Source: Pyrinomonadaceae bacterium
Lineage (GTDB): Bacteria > Acidobacteriota > Blastocatellia > Pyrinomonadales > Pyrinomonadaceae
Assembly (NCBI GenBank): GCA_035760365.1
Contig: DASTTB010000015.1
Coordinates: forward strand, 255,161-279,160
Length of the DNA stretch: 24,000 nucleotides
Direction of reading: 5' to 3'
Below, piece by piece: positions 7,931 through 15,826 of the stretch. A program made the position numbers and the translations under genes. Under the pieces are notes generated by a model. The model ran no database searches. It was given only the letters and a program-made list of their open reading frames with translations, and was not told where the DNA came from. Numbering within the stretch: the first letter of the stretch is position 1; every line of letters starts with the position of its first letter.

Positions 7931-10714
7931 ATGCCCGATACGAACGACCAACTTGAAGACGTAATTAAAAAGTACAGCAAGAACGATCCCGAGCTTTACG
8001 AAGAATTGAAACGCAAAATGGCCGCGGTCGAACCTGTTGCCGCGGCTAAATCTCTCGACATAGGCGTTGCCGCCGCTCTGCCTCCCGTCAGCGAACCCGG
8101 CGGCGCCGAACTAGCAGAAGCCGTCGGCCTGGAGACGATCGTGCGTCGCCAGGCGCGGCCCGTACTCGTCATTCGCGACAACCAAACCACGATGGAGTTT
8201 CTTGGACCAGACAGTGAAGTCTGGCGATCGCGACTCAACGACGCGAAACCGATTCTGGATCAAATCATACCCGCCATCGGACGCGTGGAAGTAACAAATC
8301 ATCCGGACTTCGACTGGGTCGGAACCGGTTGGCTTGTTGCCGACGACATCATCGTCACGAATCGTCACGTCGCGCAGGAGTTCGCGCGCCGCGGTATGAA
8401 CGGTTTCACGTTTCGGCCCGGCATCAACGGCGGTCCGATGACTTCGCGCATCGACTTTCTCGAAGAAGACCAGCGGTCCGACAGTCTCGAGTATGCCGTG
8501 AGCTCGGTTCTGTTTATCGCTTCGCTAAACGAACCGGACGTCGCCTTCATGCGACTGACACGACCGCAGACCAGCCGGCCACTGCCGCCGCCGATCGTGC
8601 TTGCGGACTCGATAACGGGCGACGAGTTTATCGCGACGATAGGCTATCCCGCGCGCGATTCACGCGTGCCCGATCAGGATCTCGTGCTCAGAGTGTTTGG
8701 CGATGTGTACGAGAAGAAACGGTTAGCGCCCGGAACGATCATCAGTGTCACGGCCGACGAGCTGCAACACGATTGTTCAACGCTCGGCGGTAACTCCGGT
8801 TCGCCCGCGATCGATCTCAGTACCGGACGTGCCGTTGGTCTGCACTTCTCGGGCTTGTTCATGCAAGCGAATTTCGCGGTGCCTGCGCCGAGGGTGCGTG
8901 AGTTGCTCACTCGCGTTCAGCGTGGAGAAGCCGCGATCGCCTCCGTGGGCGCCAATGGACACAACGGAAACGCACACAAAGCGCCCGCAACGTCGACAGG
9001 ACCAGTCGTTTCGGCAGGAACCAACACGTTCACCATGCAACTCAATGTGCCGATCGAAGTGACGGTGAAAGTCGGCGCCGCGACGGCTGGACCATCTCCG
9101 CAGATCACCACCACCGCACCCGCGCTGAATGGCGATCAGTTTGAATCGGCATTGAAAGCGGCGCGCGAGGCGTTTGCCGGCGATCCCGACATCACCGAGA
9201 TCCGCTTGGGCTATCGATTCAAACGAGGCTGGATCACCGACGAACGTGTCGTGGTCGTCGAGACCCGAAACAAGATGACCGCAACCGAGTTGGCGGCGGC
9301 AGGAAAGCAAGCACTCCCGTCACAGATTCTCGGCGTCGGCGTTGACGTTCGCACCGCGGCGTTAAGAGATCAACTCGAGTCGATGGGCGTGGACATGTCG
9401 TTTTTGGAAGCGCCCGCGCGTCCCGGCCGTTATCGTGAGCCGTCCAACGTGACTCTCGATCGGGTAAACGAACAGATGCGTGTTGTGTTTCACGTCAGCC
9501 CCGATTCCGGTTTCCCAAATCTGCGGAAGTTCCTGGGCCGCGTGCGCCAACACATGACCGCGACGATGTATGAATGGGAACCGAATCACATCAGCGACGC
9601 GATCGAAGCGGCGATGTCAGGCGCAGGTAAGTCGCTGCGCATGGTGACGCAGCGCCAGGGAACCCGCGAAGCTGTTGAAGATATGCAGCAACGTCTCGGT
9701 GCGAAGTTCAAACATGTGTGGGCGTCTGTCGGCGCGGGTAAACTCATCCCGTCCGCGTATCACATCAAGGTCGCGTCGCGCGACGGTGAAGAGATCTGGC
9801 TGTCGAGTGGAAACTGGAAAGACTCGAACCAGGCCGACATCGATCCCGCCGGTACGAACTCAACCAATATCGCGCCTCTTCGCGAACATAATCGCGAATG
9901 GCACGCCGTGATCGAGAATCGAAAACTTGCGACTATCTTTCAGAAGTTCATTGAATTCGATTTTCGCGAAGCTGAACGTGTGCCCGCTGACGAAGGTCTC
10001 GAGTTGACGCTACCGGACGTGTTCGTTCCCGAAGCGGCATTCATGGAAGACGTCGAACGAAGAACGCCGATCGATTTCTTCGACCCACTCGAACGCGATC
10101 GCGTGTTCGACATCCAACCGCTGTTGACGCCGGATCGCAACTCACAGGGCCAGCGCCTGTACCTCGAACATGCCATCGACATGATCAGGCGCGCGGAGAG
10201 ACGCATCTATGTCGAGAACCAGTCGTTCAACTTGCTTGACGAAGAGAACAACAACGAAGAGTTCGTTGAATTCTTCCAGGCGCTGCGCGAAAAACAGGAA
10301 GACGGTCTTGATGTTCGCATCATCTTCCGCGACGCGCGCGAGTTTGGCGCCAGCAATGGTCCAAAACAGCAGAAGCTGCTCGAGCGGTTGAAAGAGTTCG
10401 GCATCGACACTGACTCCATCAAGGTCCAGAGACGGTGTCACACGAAAGGCATCATCATCGACGGCGAGGAAGTGATGCTCGGAAGTCACAACCTGACTAA
10501 CCAGGGCAGCTTGTTCAATCGCGATGCAAGTCTTCTCGTGCGTGACGCTGAGGTCGCCAGGTACTTCGAAAAGATCTTCCTGTTCGACTGGAATAATCTG
10601 GCGACTCAGGAGACCGACGAGTTGGTAGGTGGAATGCGTGTCGCGTTGCCGACAGAAGCAACACCCGCCGGTTTCCGTCGGGTGTCGCTTTCGGAGTTGC
10701 TGGGCGAAAGCTGA
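7931..10714 (+). CDS. Fusion protein: N-terminal trypsin-like serine protease plus C-terminal phospholipase D superfamily domain with two HKD motifs
   Basis: The ORF-track frame opens at 7607 but overlaps the upstream gene. ATG 7931 is preceded by GAGGAG 8-9 nt upstream and lies 25 bp after the upstream stop, giving 927 aa. Protease triad: TNRHVA (His 8366-8368), EPDVAF (Asp 8537-8539), GGNSGSP (Ser 8795-8797). HKD1 is YHIKVASRDGEEIWLSSGNW (His 9761-9763). HKD2 is CHTKGIIIDGEEVMLGSHNLTN (His 10439-10441). No signal peptide or TM segment is seen. Confidence 0.9.
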   Translation: MPDTNDQLEDVIKKYSKNDPELYEELKRKMAAVEPVAAAKSLDIGVAAALPPVSEPGGAELAEAVGLETIVRRQARPVLVIRDNQTTMEFLGPDSEVWRSRLNDAKPILDQIIPAIGRVEVTNHPDFDWVGTGWLVADDIIVTNRHVAQEFARRGMNGFTFRPGINGGPMTSRIDFLEEDQRSDSLEYAVSSVLFIASLNEPDVAFMRLTRPQTSRPLPPPIVLADSITGDEFIATIGYPARDSRVPDQDLVLRVFGDVYEKKRLAPGTIISVTADELQHDCSTLGGNSGSPAIDLSTGRAVGLHFSGLFMQANFAVPAPRVRELLTRVQRGEAAIASVGANGHNGNAHKAPATSTGPVVSAGTNTFTMQLNVPIEVTVKVGAATAGPSPQITTTAPALNGDQFESALKAAREAFAGDPDITEIRLGYRFKRGWITDERVVVVETRNKMTATELAAAGKQALPSQILGVGVDVRTAALRDQLESMGVDMSFLEAPARPGRYREPSNVTLDRVNEQMRVVFHVSPDSGFPNLRKFLGRVRQHMTATMYEWEPNHISDAIEAAMSGAGKSLRMVTQRQGTREAVEDMQQRLGAKFKHVWASVGAGKLIPSAYHIKVASRDGEEIWLSSGNWKDSNQADIDPAGTNSTNIAPLREHNREWHAVIENRKLATIFQKFIEFDFREAERVPADEGLELTLPDVFVPEAAFMEDVERRTPIDFFDPLERDRVFDIQPLLTPDRNSQGQRLYLEHAIDMIRRAERRIYVENQSFNLLDEENNNEEFVEFFQALREKQEDGLDVRIIFRDAREFGASNGPKQQKLLERLKEFGIDTDSIKVQRRCHTKGIIIDGEEVMLGSHNLTNQGSLFNRDASLLVRDAEVARYFEKIFLFDWNNLATQETDELVGGMRVALPTEATPAGFRRVSLSELLGES

Positions 10715-10773
10715 TAGCTAACAGCCGAGAGTTGATCGCCTGAACAGGCGAGAGCTGATTACCCGGCGATTCG

Positions 10774-10914
10774 CACATCAAGACCGCCATCACAGCGGCT
10801 ATGCCGCCGGATGTGAGGCGAGGCTACGCCTCGCCGTTGGTTTTGTTGGATTAGGGGCTACGCCCCTTAGCGGGAACAGGAGGGCATAGCCCAAGTTTGA
10901 TTAGGGACCTACCG
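10774..10914. repeat. Copy 1 of a ~141-bp structured direct repeat (chain of GGC-NNN-GCC hairpins)
   Basis: It differs from 11075-11217 by two 1-nt indels and one substitution. It contains local hairpins ggcgaggc-tac-gcctcgcc (10817-10835), aggggc-tac-gcccct and gcggc-tat-gccgc. The segment 10804-10819 is a perfect 16-bp inverted repeat of 10930-10945. Confidence 0.85.
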
Positions 10915-10929
10915 GCAGGGCTGAGCCCT

Positions 10930-10953
10930 GCCTCACATCCGGCGGCGGAGCCG
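10930..10953. repeat. Right-hand inverted-repeat arm closing the copy-1 element
   Basis: gcctcacatccggcgg (10930-10945) is the exact reverse complement of 10804-10819. The match extends imperfectly to 24 nt. It is preceded by the hairpin ggcagggc-tga-gccctgcc (10914-10932). Confidence 0.75.
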
Positions 10954-11001
10954 CGGTGAGTTATGTGACTGTCACCAAACGAAATTTAGGAAGTTCGCGG
11001 C

Positions 11002-11098
11002 GGCTTCGCCCATCGATACCCGATCATTCCCAGCGGCTTCGCACATCGATACCCGGTCATTCGCACCGGCTACACACATCAAGACCGCCCATCACAGC
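11002..11098. repeat. Three tandem ~33-bp units leading into repeat copy 2
   Basis: ggcttcgcccatcgatacccgatcattcccagc (11002-11034), ggcttcgcacatcgatacccggtcattcgcacc (11035-11067) and ggctacacacatcaagaccgcccatcacagc (11068-11098). Copy 1 carries only one hybrid unit, around 10755-10798. Confidence 0.75.
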
Positions 11099-11217
11099 GG
11101 CTATGCCGCCGGATGTGAGGCGAGGCTACGCCTCGCCGTTGGTTTTGTTGGATTAGGGGGCTACGCCCCTTAGAGGGAACAGGAGGGCATAGCCCAAGTT
11201 TGATTAGGGACCTACCG
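11075..11217. repeat. Copy 2 of the ~141-bp structured direct repeat, lacking the right inverted arm
   Basis: 143 nt, near-identical to 10774-10914. It ends 22 nt before the stop codon of the TonB-dependent receptor gene. No counterpart of 10930-10945 follows it. Confidence 0.85.
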
Positions 11218-11239
11218 CTTGGTGTTCGCGCGGCAAAGC

Positions 11240-14200
11240 TCAGAACGAAAGGCGGACACCAAGCTGAATCTCGCGACCGGGAGTTGCAGCTTCCGTGATC
11301 GTGCCGAACTGCGGCGTGTTCACGAAGCGATTCGGTATTCCGAGGTTTGTGTGATTCAGTGCGTTGAATGCCTCGGCGCGGAACTGCAACTTCACCGTTT
11401 CCGTCATCGAAAATTCCCGCTGTAAAGCCAGATCCAGCGTCTGCCGTCCCGGACCATAAACGGTGTTGCGGCCGACGTTGCCAAACGTGAACGCCGCCGG
11501 CGTACTGAACGCCGCGGTGTTGAACCACCTGTCTGCCGTTCTACTGTTACCGTCAAATATCGGCTGGCCCGTGTAGTTTGCGCGGATCGGGTTCTCACCG
11601 AGCAACGTGCCGGCGTTAGCGGTATCGCCGAAGACGGAAATCGTCAACGGGAACCCGGACTGTGCCTGGTAGATCGCTGACAGCCGCCAATCCTTCGTGA
11701 GCGTATGAACGAAACCGCTCTTGCTCACCGACGGAAGACTGTAAACCGCGCTGAACGCGAAACGATGACGGACGTCGCAGGCGAGTCCTCTTTCGTGTCG
11801 CAGATCGAAACTGTTCTGCGGTATCGCCGATTCGAACATTGGCGAACGGAAATCAGGAGCGTCGCTGAGGTTCTTTGAATAAGTGTAGTTGGCGAGGAAC
11901 GTCAAACCCTGGGCAAATCGCCGGCGCACATTCACGTAACCAGCGTGATACGAACTGGTCGCGGAGTTCTCCAGCAGATTGATGCCGCTCACCGGGAACG
12001 TCGTATTCACAACGTTGATGTTATCAGGCAGGACCATGCCCGGCAGAAAACTCAGAGTCGTAAACGGCCGGCGCGGTCCAATCGCGCCCGGTCCCGGAGG
12101 CGCGTTGTTGATGAGACGAGACCGTTGCAGGTGCAGACCACGAGATCCGAGATAACCGAGTTCGAGCGTTGTTTCCGCGCCGAGACTTTTTTCAACCGAA
12201 CCGCTCCACTGTTCGATGTATTGCGGCGGCGCGTTGAGTTCGAAAGCTGCAAAACTCACAGTCGTGACGCCCAGCACGGCTGGTCCAAAATTAAAGTGAC
12301 TGGCAACAATGCCGGGGGCGGGTGTGAAATTGTCACTCTGTTGTGTTTCCGGAAAAACGAATGGCACGTTGTGACGTTGATTGCACCACGTATTCATGTC
12401 AACGGGTGTGAAGAAGATGCCAAACGCCGCATGAAACACGAGACCGTGCTGGTGAAGGTTATGTGAAATACCAAAGCGCGGCGCGAACCTCAGCTTGTTC
12501 GAGTGGTTCAAGCCTTCCGGGTATCCCTGTTGTCCGCCGATAAATACGAATGGACGGCCATTCTGAAAATCGAGGTTTGTATTTGCGTAACGAATGTCGC
12601 GCAGCGGACTCATGTATTCGTAGCGGAGTCCGAGCTGAATCGTCGTGTTGCGAGTGATTTGAAAACTGTCGTGTACGAAAGCGTCGGCGTACCATTGCCG
12701 TAACTGCATCTGCGGAATGCCCGCTTGCCTTTGTTTCACCGCGGGCAGTCCTAACAGGAAACTCGCAAGCGCCGAACCCGTCCCGTCGTTCGTCGCGGTT
12801 TGAGTAGTGAAGCCGTTGGTGAACTGGTAATAACCCCGGTTCTGGAAGAAGCCCCACATGGGCCAGATGAAATGGCGATAGGCGGCGCCAAATTTCAAAC
12901 TGTGCCTTCCCTTTTGCCAACTCAGTGAATCACGAGCTTCAATCACCGTGTTCCACGCGTGCATCGGTGTGGCGATGAAAGTGTCGCCCATTCCCGAATA
13001 ACCCTGCACGTTGAACCACGGCGCGCCCCACGCGCCTTCGCCTCCGAAACCAACGCCCGTGATTCCGAGTTCGGAAACGATGTCGTTGGTAAAACTGTTT
13101 TCCGAAGTGCGATGCATCGCGAGCCGCGAGATCGTGACGGTCGCGATGTTCACGACATTTGGACTGATGATGCGAGTCCAACCAAGCATACCGTGTTGTG
13201 ACAGATTGTCGTGGAGAGCACCAAAGCCGGGTAGGTTTTGCGGAGTGAAGCCTCGTTCACTGTTGAACGAATAACGGAAAAAGAGACTGTCGCCGCCGCT
13301 CAGATTGTGATCGTAGCGAATCGTGGCTTGATCAGTTTCGTGATGGGCATTTCGTACGTCGAGATAGTTGTTGCAGTCCATGCCGGCGCCTACAACTGTG
13401 GGAGCGCCCATCATCGTCATTCCACAGCCCATCATTCCCATTTCGAGATTCGGCCGTGGAACGTATTTACGCAGAAACAACTGCGCCTTCGGATCGATCA
13501 GGTTCTGAGGAATCACGCCTCCCGCAAACTCATCGCGAATGACCTGCGGGTTGCTTGGGCTGACGGGCCTGGTCGGATCGAAGTTCGGGTTGGGGTGAGA
13601 ACTAAAAGGGTTGTAAATCCTTGCGCCGCTCATCTCGAAGTTGCCGTTGATCTCATCCTCGGTTGGGACTGTCGAGACCATCGTTTGCGACCTCGTATGC
13701 CGCAGACCTTCATAATTGAAGAAGAAAAAACCTTTGTTGCGCACGATTGGTCCACTCAACGAACCGCCGAAGTTGTTGCGCACAAGATGATTTCCCTCGT
13801 CCATCTCGTTGAAGGTGCGAGCATCGAGCACGTCGTTGCGCAGGAACTCGTACGCTGTTCCGTGAAACTCATTTCCTCCGGTGCGCGTGACGATGTTGAT
13901 CTGGCCACCGCCCGCGCCACCGATTTCAGCCGTGTAGCTTCCGGTCTGGACTTTGAACTCCTGAACGACGTCAGGTGACGGGCTGAGGTTGAGCGTATTG
14001 AACGTCGGATCGGTGTTTGTCGCGCCGTCGAGTAAGAAGTAGTTTGCGTTGGGACGATTGCCGCCGATGCTTACGGCAGAGCGTTGGCCCGGACGCCAGT
14101 AAAGCGGACTCATGTCGCCGGCCTGCGCTCCGTGTGACTCGTGCGCGCCGGGCACGGTCAACACGAGATCGATCAGCATTCGTCCGTTCAACGGAAGATT

Positions 14201-14632
14201 CTGCACCGCTGTCGGTTCGACGACTTCGCCGACGGACGCATCAGTCGTCTTGAGCAGGTTGACGGAATCAGTCCTGACATCGACAACCGTGCTGACGGCG
14301 GCGACCTTCAGAGCGACGTCAATCATGCGCGCCTCGCCGACTTCGAGCTTTATCTCCTGGCTCACCGATGCAAATCCGGAGGCCTGGACCGACAAGACAT
14401 AATTGCCGGGAAGCAAGCCGCTGATCTGAAATATACCGAGATCGTTTGTCGTCGCGTGTCGCGCAGCGTTAGTGCTCGCGGAGCTGAGTTGGACCGTGCA
14501 ACCTGGCACGACTTGCTGTTGAGGATCGACAACAGTGCCGGTCAAGGTTGCGTAGTTGCTTTGTGCGTCAGCCGTAGTGCTTGCCAACAGCAGGATCAGA
14601 AAGAACGAGAGTTGAACGGTCGTACGCATCAT
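11240..14632 (-). CDS. TonB-dependent outer-membrane receptor with an N-terminal carboxypeptidase-regulatory-like domain
   Basis: 1130-aa ORF. Signal peptide ...LLLASTTADAQ. N-terminal TLTGTVVDPQQQVVPGCTVQL...GNYVLSVQASGF. Long Gly/Asn/Tyr-rich beta-barrel sequence. C-terminal ...GVRLSF ends in an aromatic residue as in OMPs. GGAGG lies 7 nt upstream of the ATG. Confidence 0.9.
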   Translation of the reverse strand: MMRTTVQLSFFLILLLASTTADAQSNYATLTGTVVDPQQQVVPGCTVQLSSASTNAARHATTNDLGIFQISGLLPGNYVLSVQASGFASVSQEIKLEVGEARMIDVALKVAAVSTVVDVRTDSVNLLKTTDASVGEVVEPTAVQNLPLNGRMLIDLVLTVPGAHESHGAQAGDMSPLYWRPGQRSAVSIGGNRPNANYFLLDGATNTDPTFNTLNLSPSPDVVQEFKVQTGSYTAEIGGAGGGQINIVTRTGGNEFHGTAYEFLRNDVLDARTFNEMDEGNHLVRNNFGGSLSGPIVRNKGFFFFNYEGLRHTRSQTMVSTVPTEDEINGNFEMSGARIYNPFSSHPNPNFDPTRPVSPSNPQVIRDEFAGGVIPQNLIDPKAQLFLRKYVPRPNLEMGMMGCGMTMMGAPTVVGAGMDCNNYLDVRNAHHETDQATIRYDHNLSGGDSLFFRYSFNSERGFTPQNLPGFGALHDNLSQHGMLGWTRIISPNVVNIATVTISRLAMHRTSENSFTNDIVSELGITGVGFGGEGAWGAPWFNVQGYSGMGDTFIATPMHAWNTVIEARDSLSWQKGRHSLKFGAAYRHFIWPMWGFFQNRGYYQFTNGFTTQTATNDGTGSALASFLLGLPAVKQRQAGIPQMQLRQWYADAFVHDSFQITRNTTIQLGLRYEYMSPLRDIRYANTNLDFQNGRPFVFIGGQQGYPEGLNHSNKLRFAPRFGISHNLHQHGLVFHAAFGIFFTPVDMNTWCNQRHNVPFVFPETQQSDNFTPAPGIVASHFNFGPAVLGVTTVSFAAFELNAPPQYIEQWSGSVEKSLGAETTLELGYLGSRGLHLQRSRLINNAPPGPGAIGPRRPFTTLSFLPGMVLPDNINVVNTTFPVSGINLLENSATSSYHAGYVNVRRRFAQGLTFLANYTYSKNLSDAPDFRSPMFESAIPQNSFDLRHERGLACDVRHRFAFSAVYSLPSVSKSGFVHTLTKDWRLSAIYQAQSGFPLTISVFGDTANAGTLLGENPIRANYTGQPIFDGNSRTADRWFNTAAFSTPAAFTFGNVGRNTVYGPGRQTLDLALQREFSMTETVKLQFRAEAFNALNHTNLGIPNRFVNTPQFGTITEAATPGREIQLGVRLSF

Positions 14633-14791
14633 TCAACAACCTCCGACACTACTTACTGAGTTAAGAAATGAGATCCGTGTTAACTAAAAGCGAAGACTGC
14701 TGGGAGGGACGTGAGTCTAACGAGAGTTGCCGAGACTGTCATCGGCCAAAAGTTTGAATTGGTGATAAACGCTTGGGTGGATTCTTACTGC

Positions 14792-14962
14792 TCAAAGAAA
14801 CTCGGATACTCGCGTTTGATGAGCGTATTTCTTGATGACGTCGGCGGCGGCGAGCGCATTCTCAAATCGACCTGCCTGTAACTCACTTAGTACCCGCTCG
14901 AGCGGATCCGTTGTTTGCGCGTTCGCAAACTGACAAACGAACAGCAGGAGAGACGCAACCAT
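14792..14962 (-). CDS. Possible 56-aa ORF with a signal-peptide-like N-terminus (below the ORF-track cutoff); may be a gene remnant
   Basis: Hand translation gives MVASLLLFVCQFANAQTTDPLERVLSELQAGRFENALAAADVIKKYAHQTRVSEFL*. It lies in the 382-bp gap upstream of the TonB receptor gene. I saw no clear SD. Confidence 0.25.
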   Translation of the reverse strand: MVASLLLFVCQFANAQTTDPLERVLSELQAGRFENALAAADVIKKYAHQTRVSEFL

Positions 14963-15014
14963 GACAAGTCGGGTTTACCATGATGCTCTCTCCCGTTCGC
15001 TGAGATTCGGTTAG

Positions 15015-15752
15015 CTATCGTCTCGCTATCTGGACCTTCGTGCCGTAGTCCAACGAAGTGTAAAACGTCCCTCGACCCTGCGGCGTAAGGTCCATGATGT
15101 TCCAGATCGGGTTGTACTCGTCGATACCGCGCTCCGGGATGTCAGGGCCCAACTGTGCATGAACACTGTAAAAGTTGCGCAACGTGCCGTCGCTGTCTCG
15201 AGTGATAACTGAGATCATCGGGTCTTGTTCGCCTTCACGATTTTCGCTGCCGAAATCGTATTTGAAGGTGCTTTCGCCCGCACTCAGGAGACGCAATTTG
15301 TTCCACCCGCGACTCCGACCAAACGCCCGCAACGCGGGCACGTCGGCGGCAGCAACAACGGCAACATCAAGGTTTTGAGCGAGATGCTGAGCGATGCCGT
15401 TGAAGGTATCGATCCACGCCGTACACATCCCACAGGCCGGGACCTGTTTCTTTCCAAACATGAGGTGATAGATCACGAGCGAACGATCGGGCGCGGTAAA
15501 CAGTTCGCTCAAACGAACTCTCGTGATCGGTTCGTCGCCGTCATCAAGCGAAGCTGGACCTTCGAGAAACTCGTAATCCTGAATCGTCGCCCCTCGCGGA
15601 AGATTGCGGCGCAACTCCGCAACGCGCTCACGCTGTCGCATCAGTTCGATTTCCGCCAGGCGCAATTCTTCGCGCTTCGCCAGATATTCGGCCGACTCGT
15701 TGGGTAGATTAGTCTGACGATACGTGCCGTCGATCATTTCAAAAACCATCAC
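15015..15752 (-). CDS. DUF899 family thioredoxin-like protein
   Basis: 245-aa ORF. The pattern AELRRNLP...YEFLEG...VRLSELF...LVIYHLMFG...CGMCTAWIDTFNG...VAVVAAA...GW..LRLLS is typical of DUF899. GTG at 15752 is followed directly by ATG at 15749, and AGGAAG upstream favours the ATG. Confidence 0.85.
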   Translation of the reverse strand: MMVFEMIDGTYRQTNLPNESAEYLAKREELRLAEIELMRQRERVAELRRNLPRGATIQDYEFLEGPASLDDGDEPITRVRLSELFTAPDRSLVIYHLMFGKKQVPACGMCTAWIDTFNGIAQHLAQNLDVAVVAAADVPALRAFGRSRGWNKLRLLSAGESTFKYDFGSENREGEQDPMISVITRDSDGTLRNFYSVHAQLGPDIPERGIDEYNPIWNIMDLTPQGRGTFYTSLDYGTKVQIARR

Positions 15753-15826
15753 GCTTCCTGCCTTTCACTTTCACTAAGAACATTCTTGAGAGTTGCGAAA
15801 ATTCTACCATCGTCGCGCGCAACGCG

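Noticed and set aside
10715-11239. Possible CRISPR array or tRNA/tmRNA in the repeat-rich gap
   Set aside because: Only two long (~141 bp) copies plus degenerate 33-bp units are present. There is no regular short repeat-spacer periodicity and no cas genes. I could not fold a cloverleaf with anticodon or T-loop features.
10956-11528. ORFs 10956-11156 (+) and 11079-11528 (-) over the intergenic repeats
   Set aside because: Their peptide periodicity simply mirrors the DNA tandem and direct repeats. The minus-strand ORF also runs out of frame into the TonB receptor 3' end.
14633-14791. Riboswitch (cobalamin or TPP) in the leader of the TonB-dependent receptor
   Set aside because: I could find no B12-box-like or TPP CUGAGA-type conserved core on the minus strand, only weak 6-bp inverted repeats.
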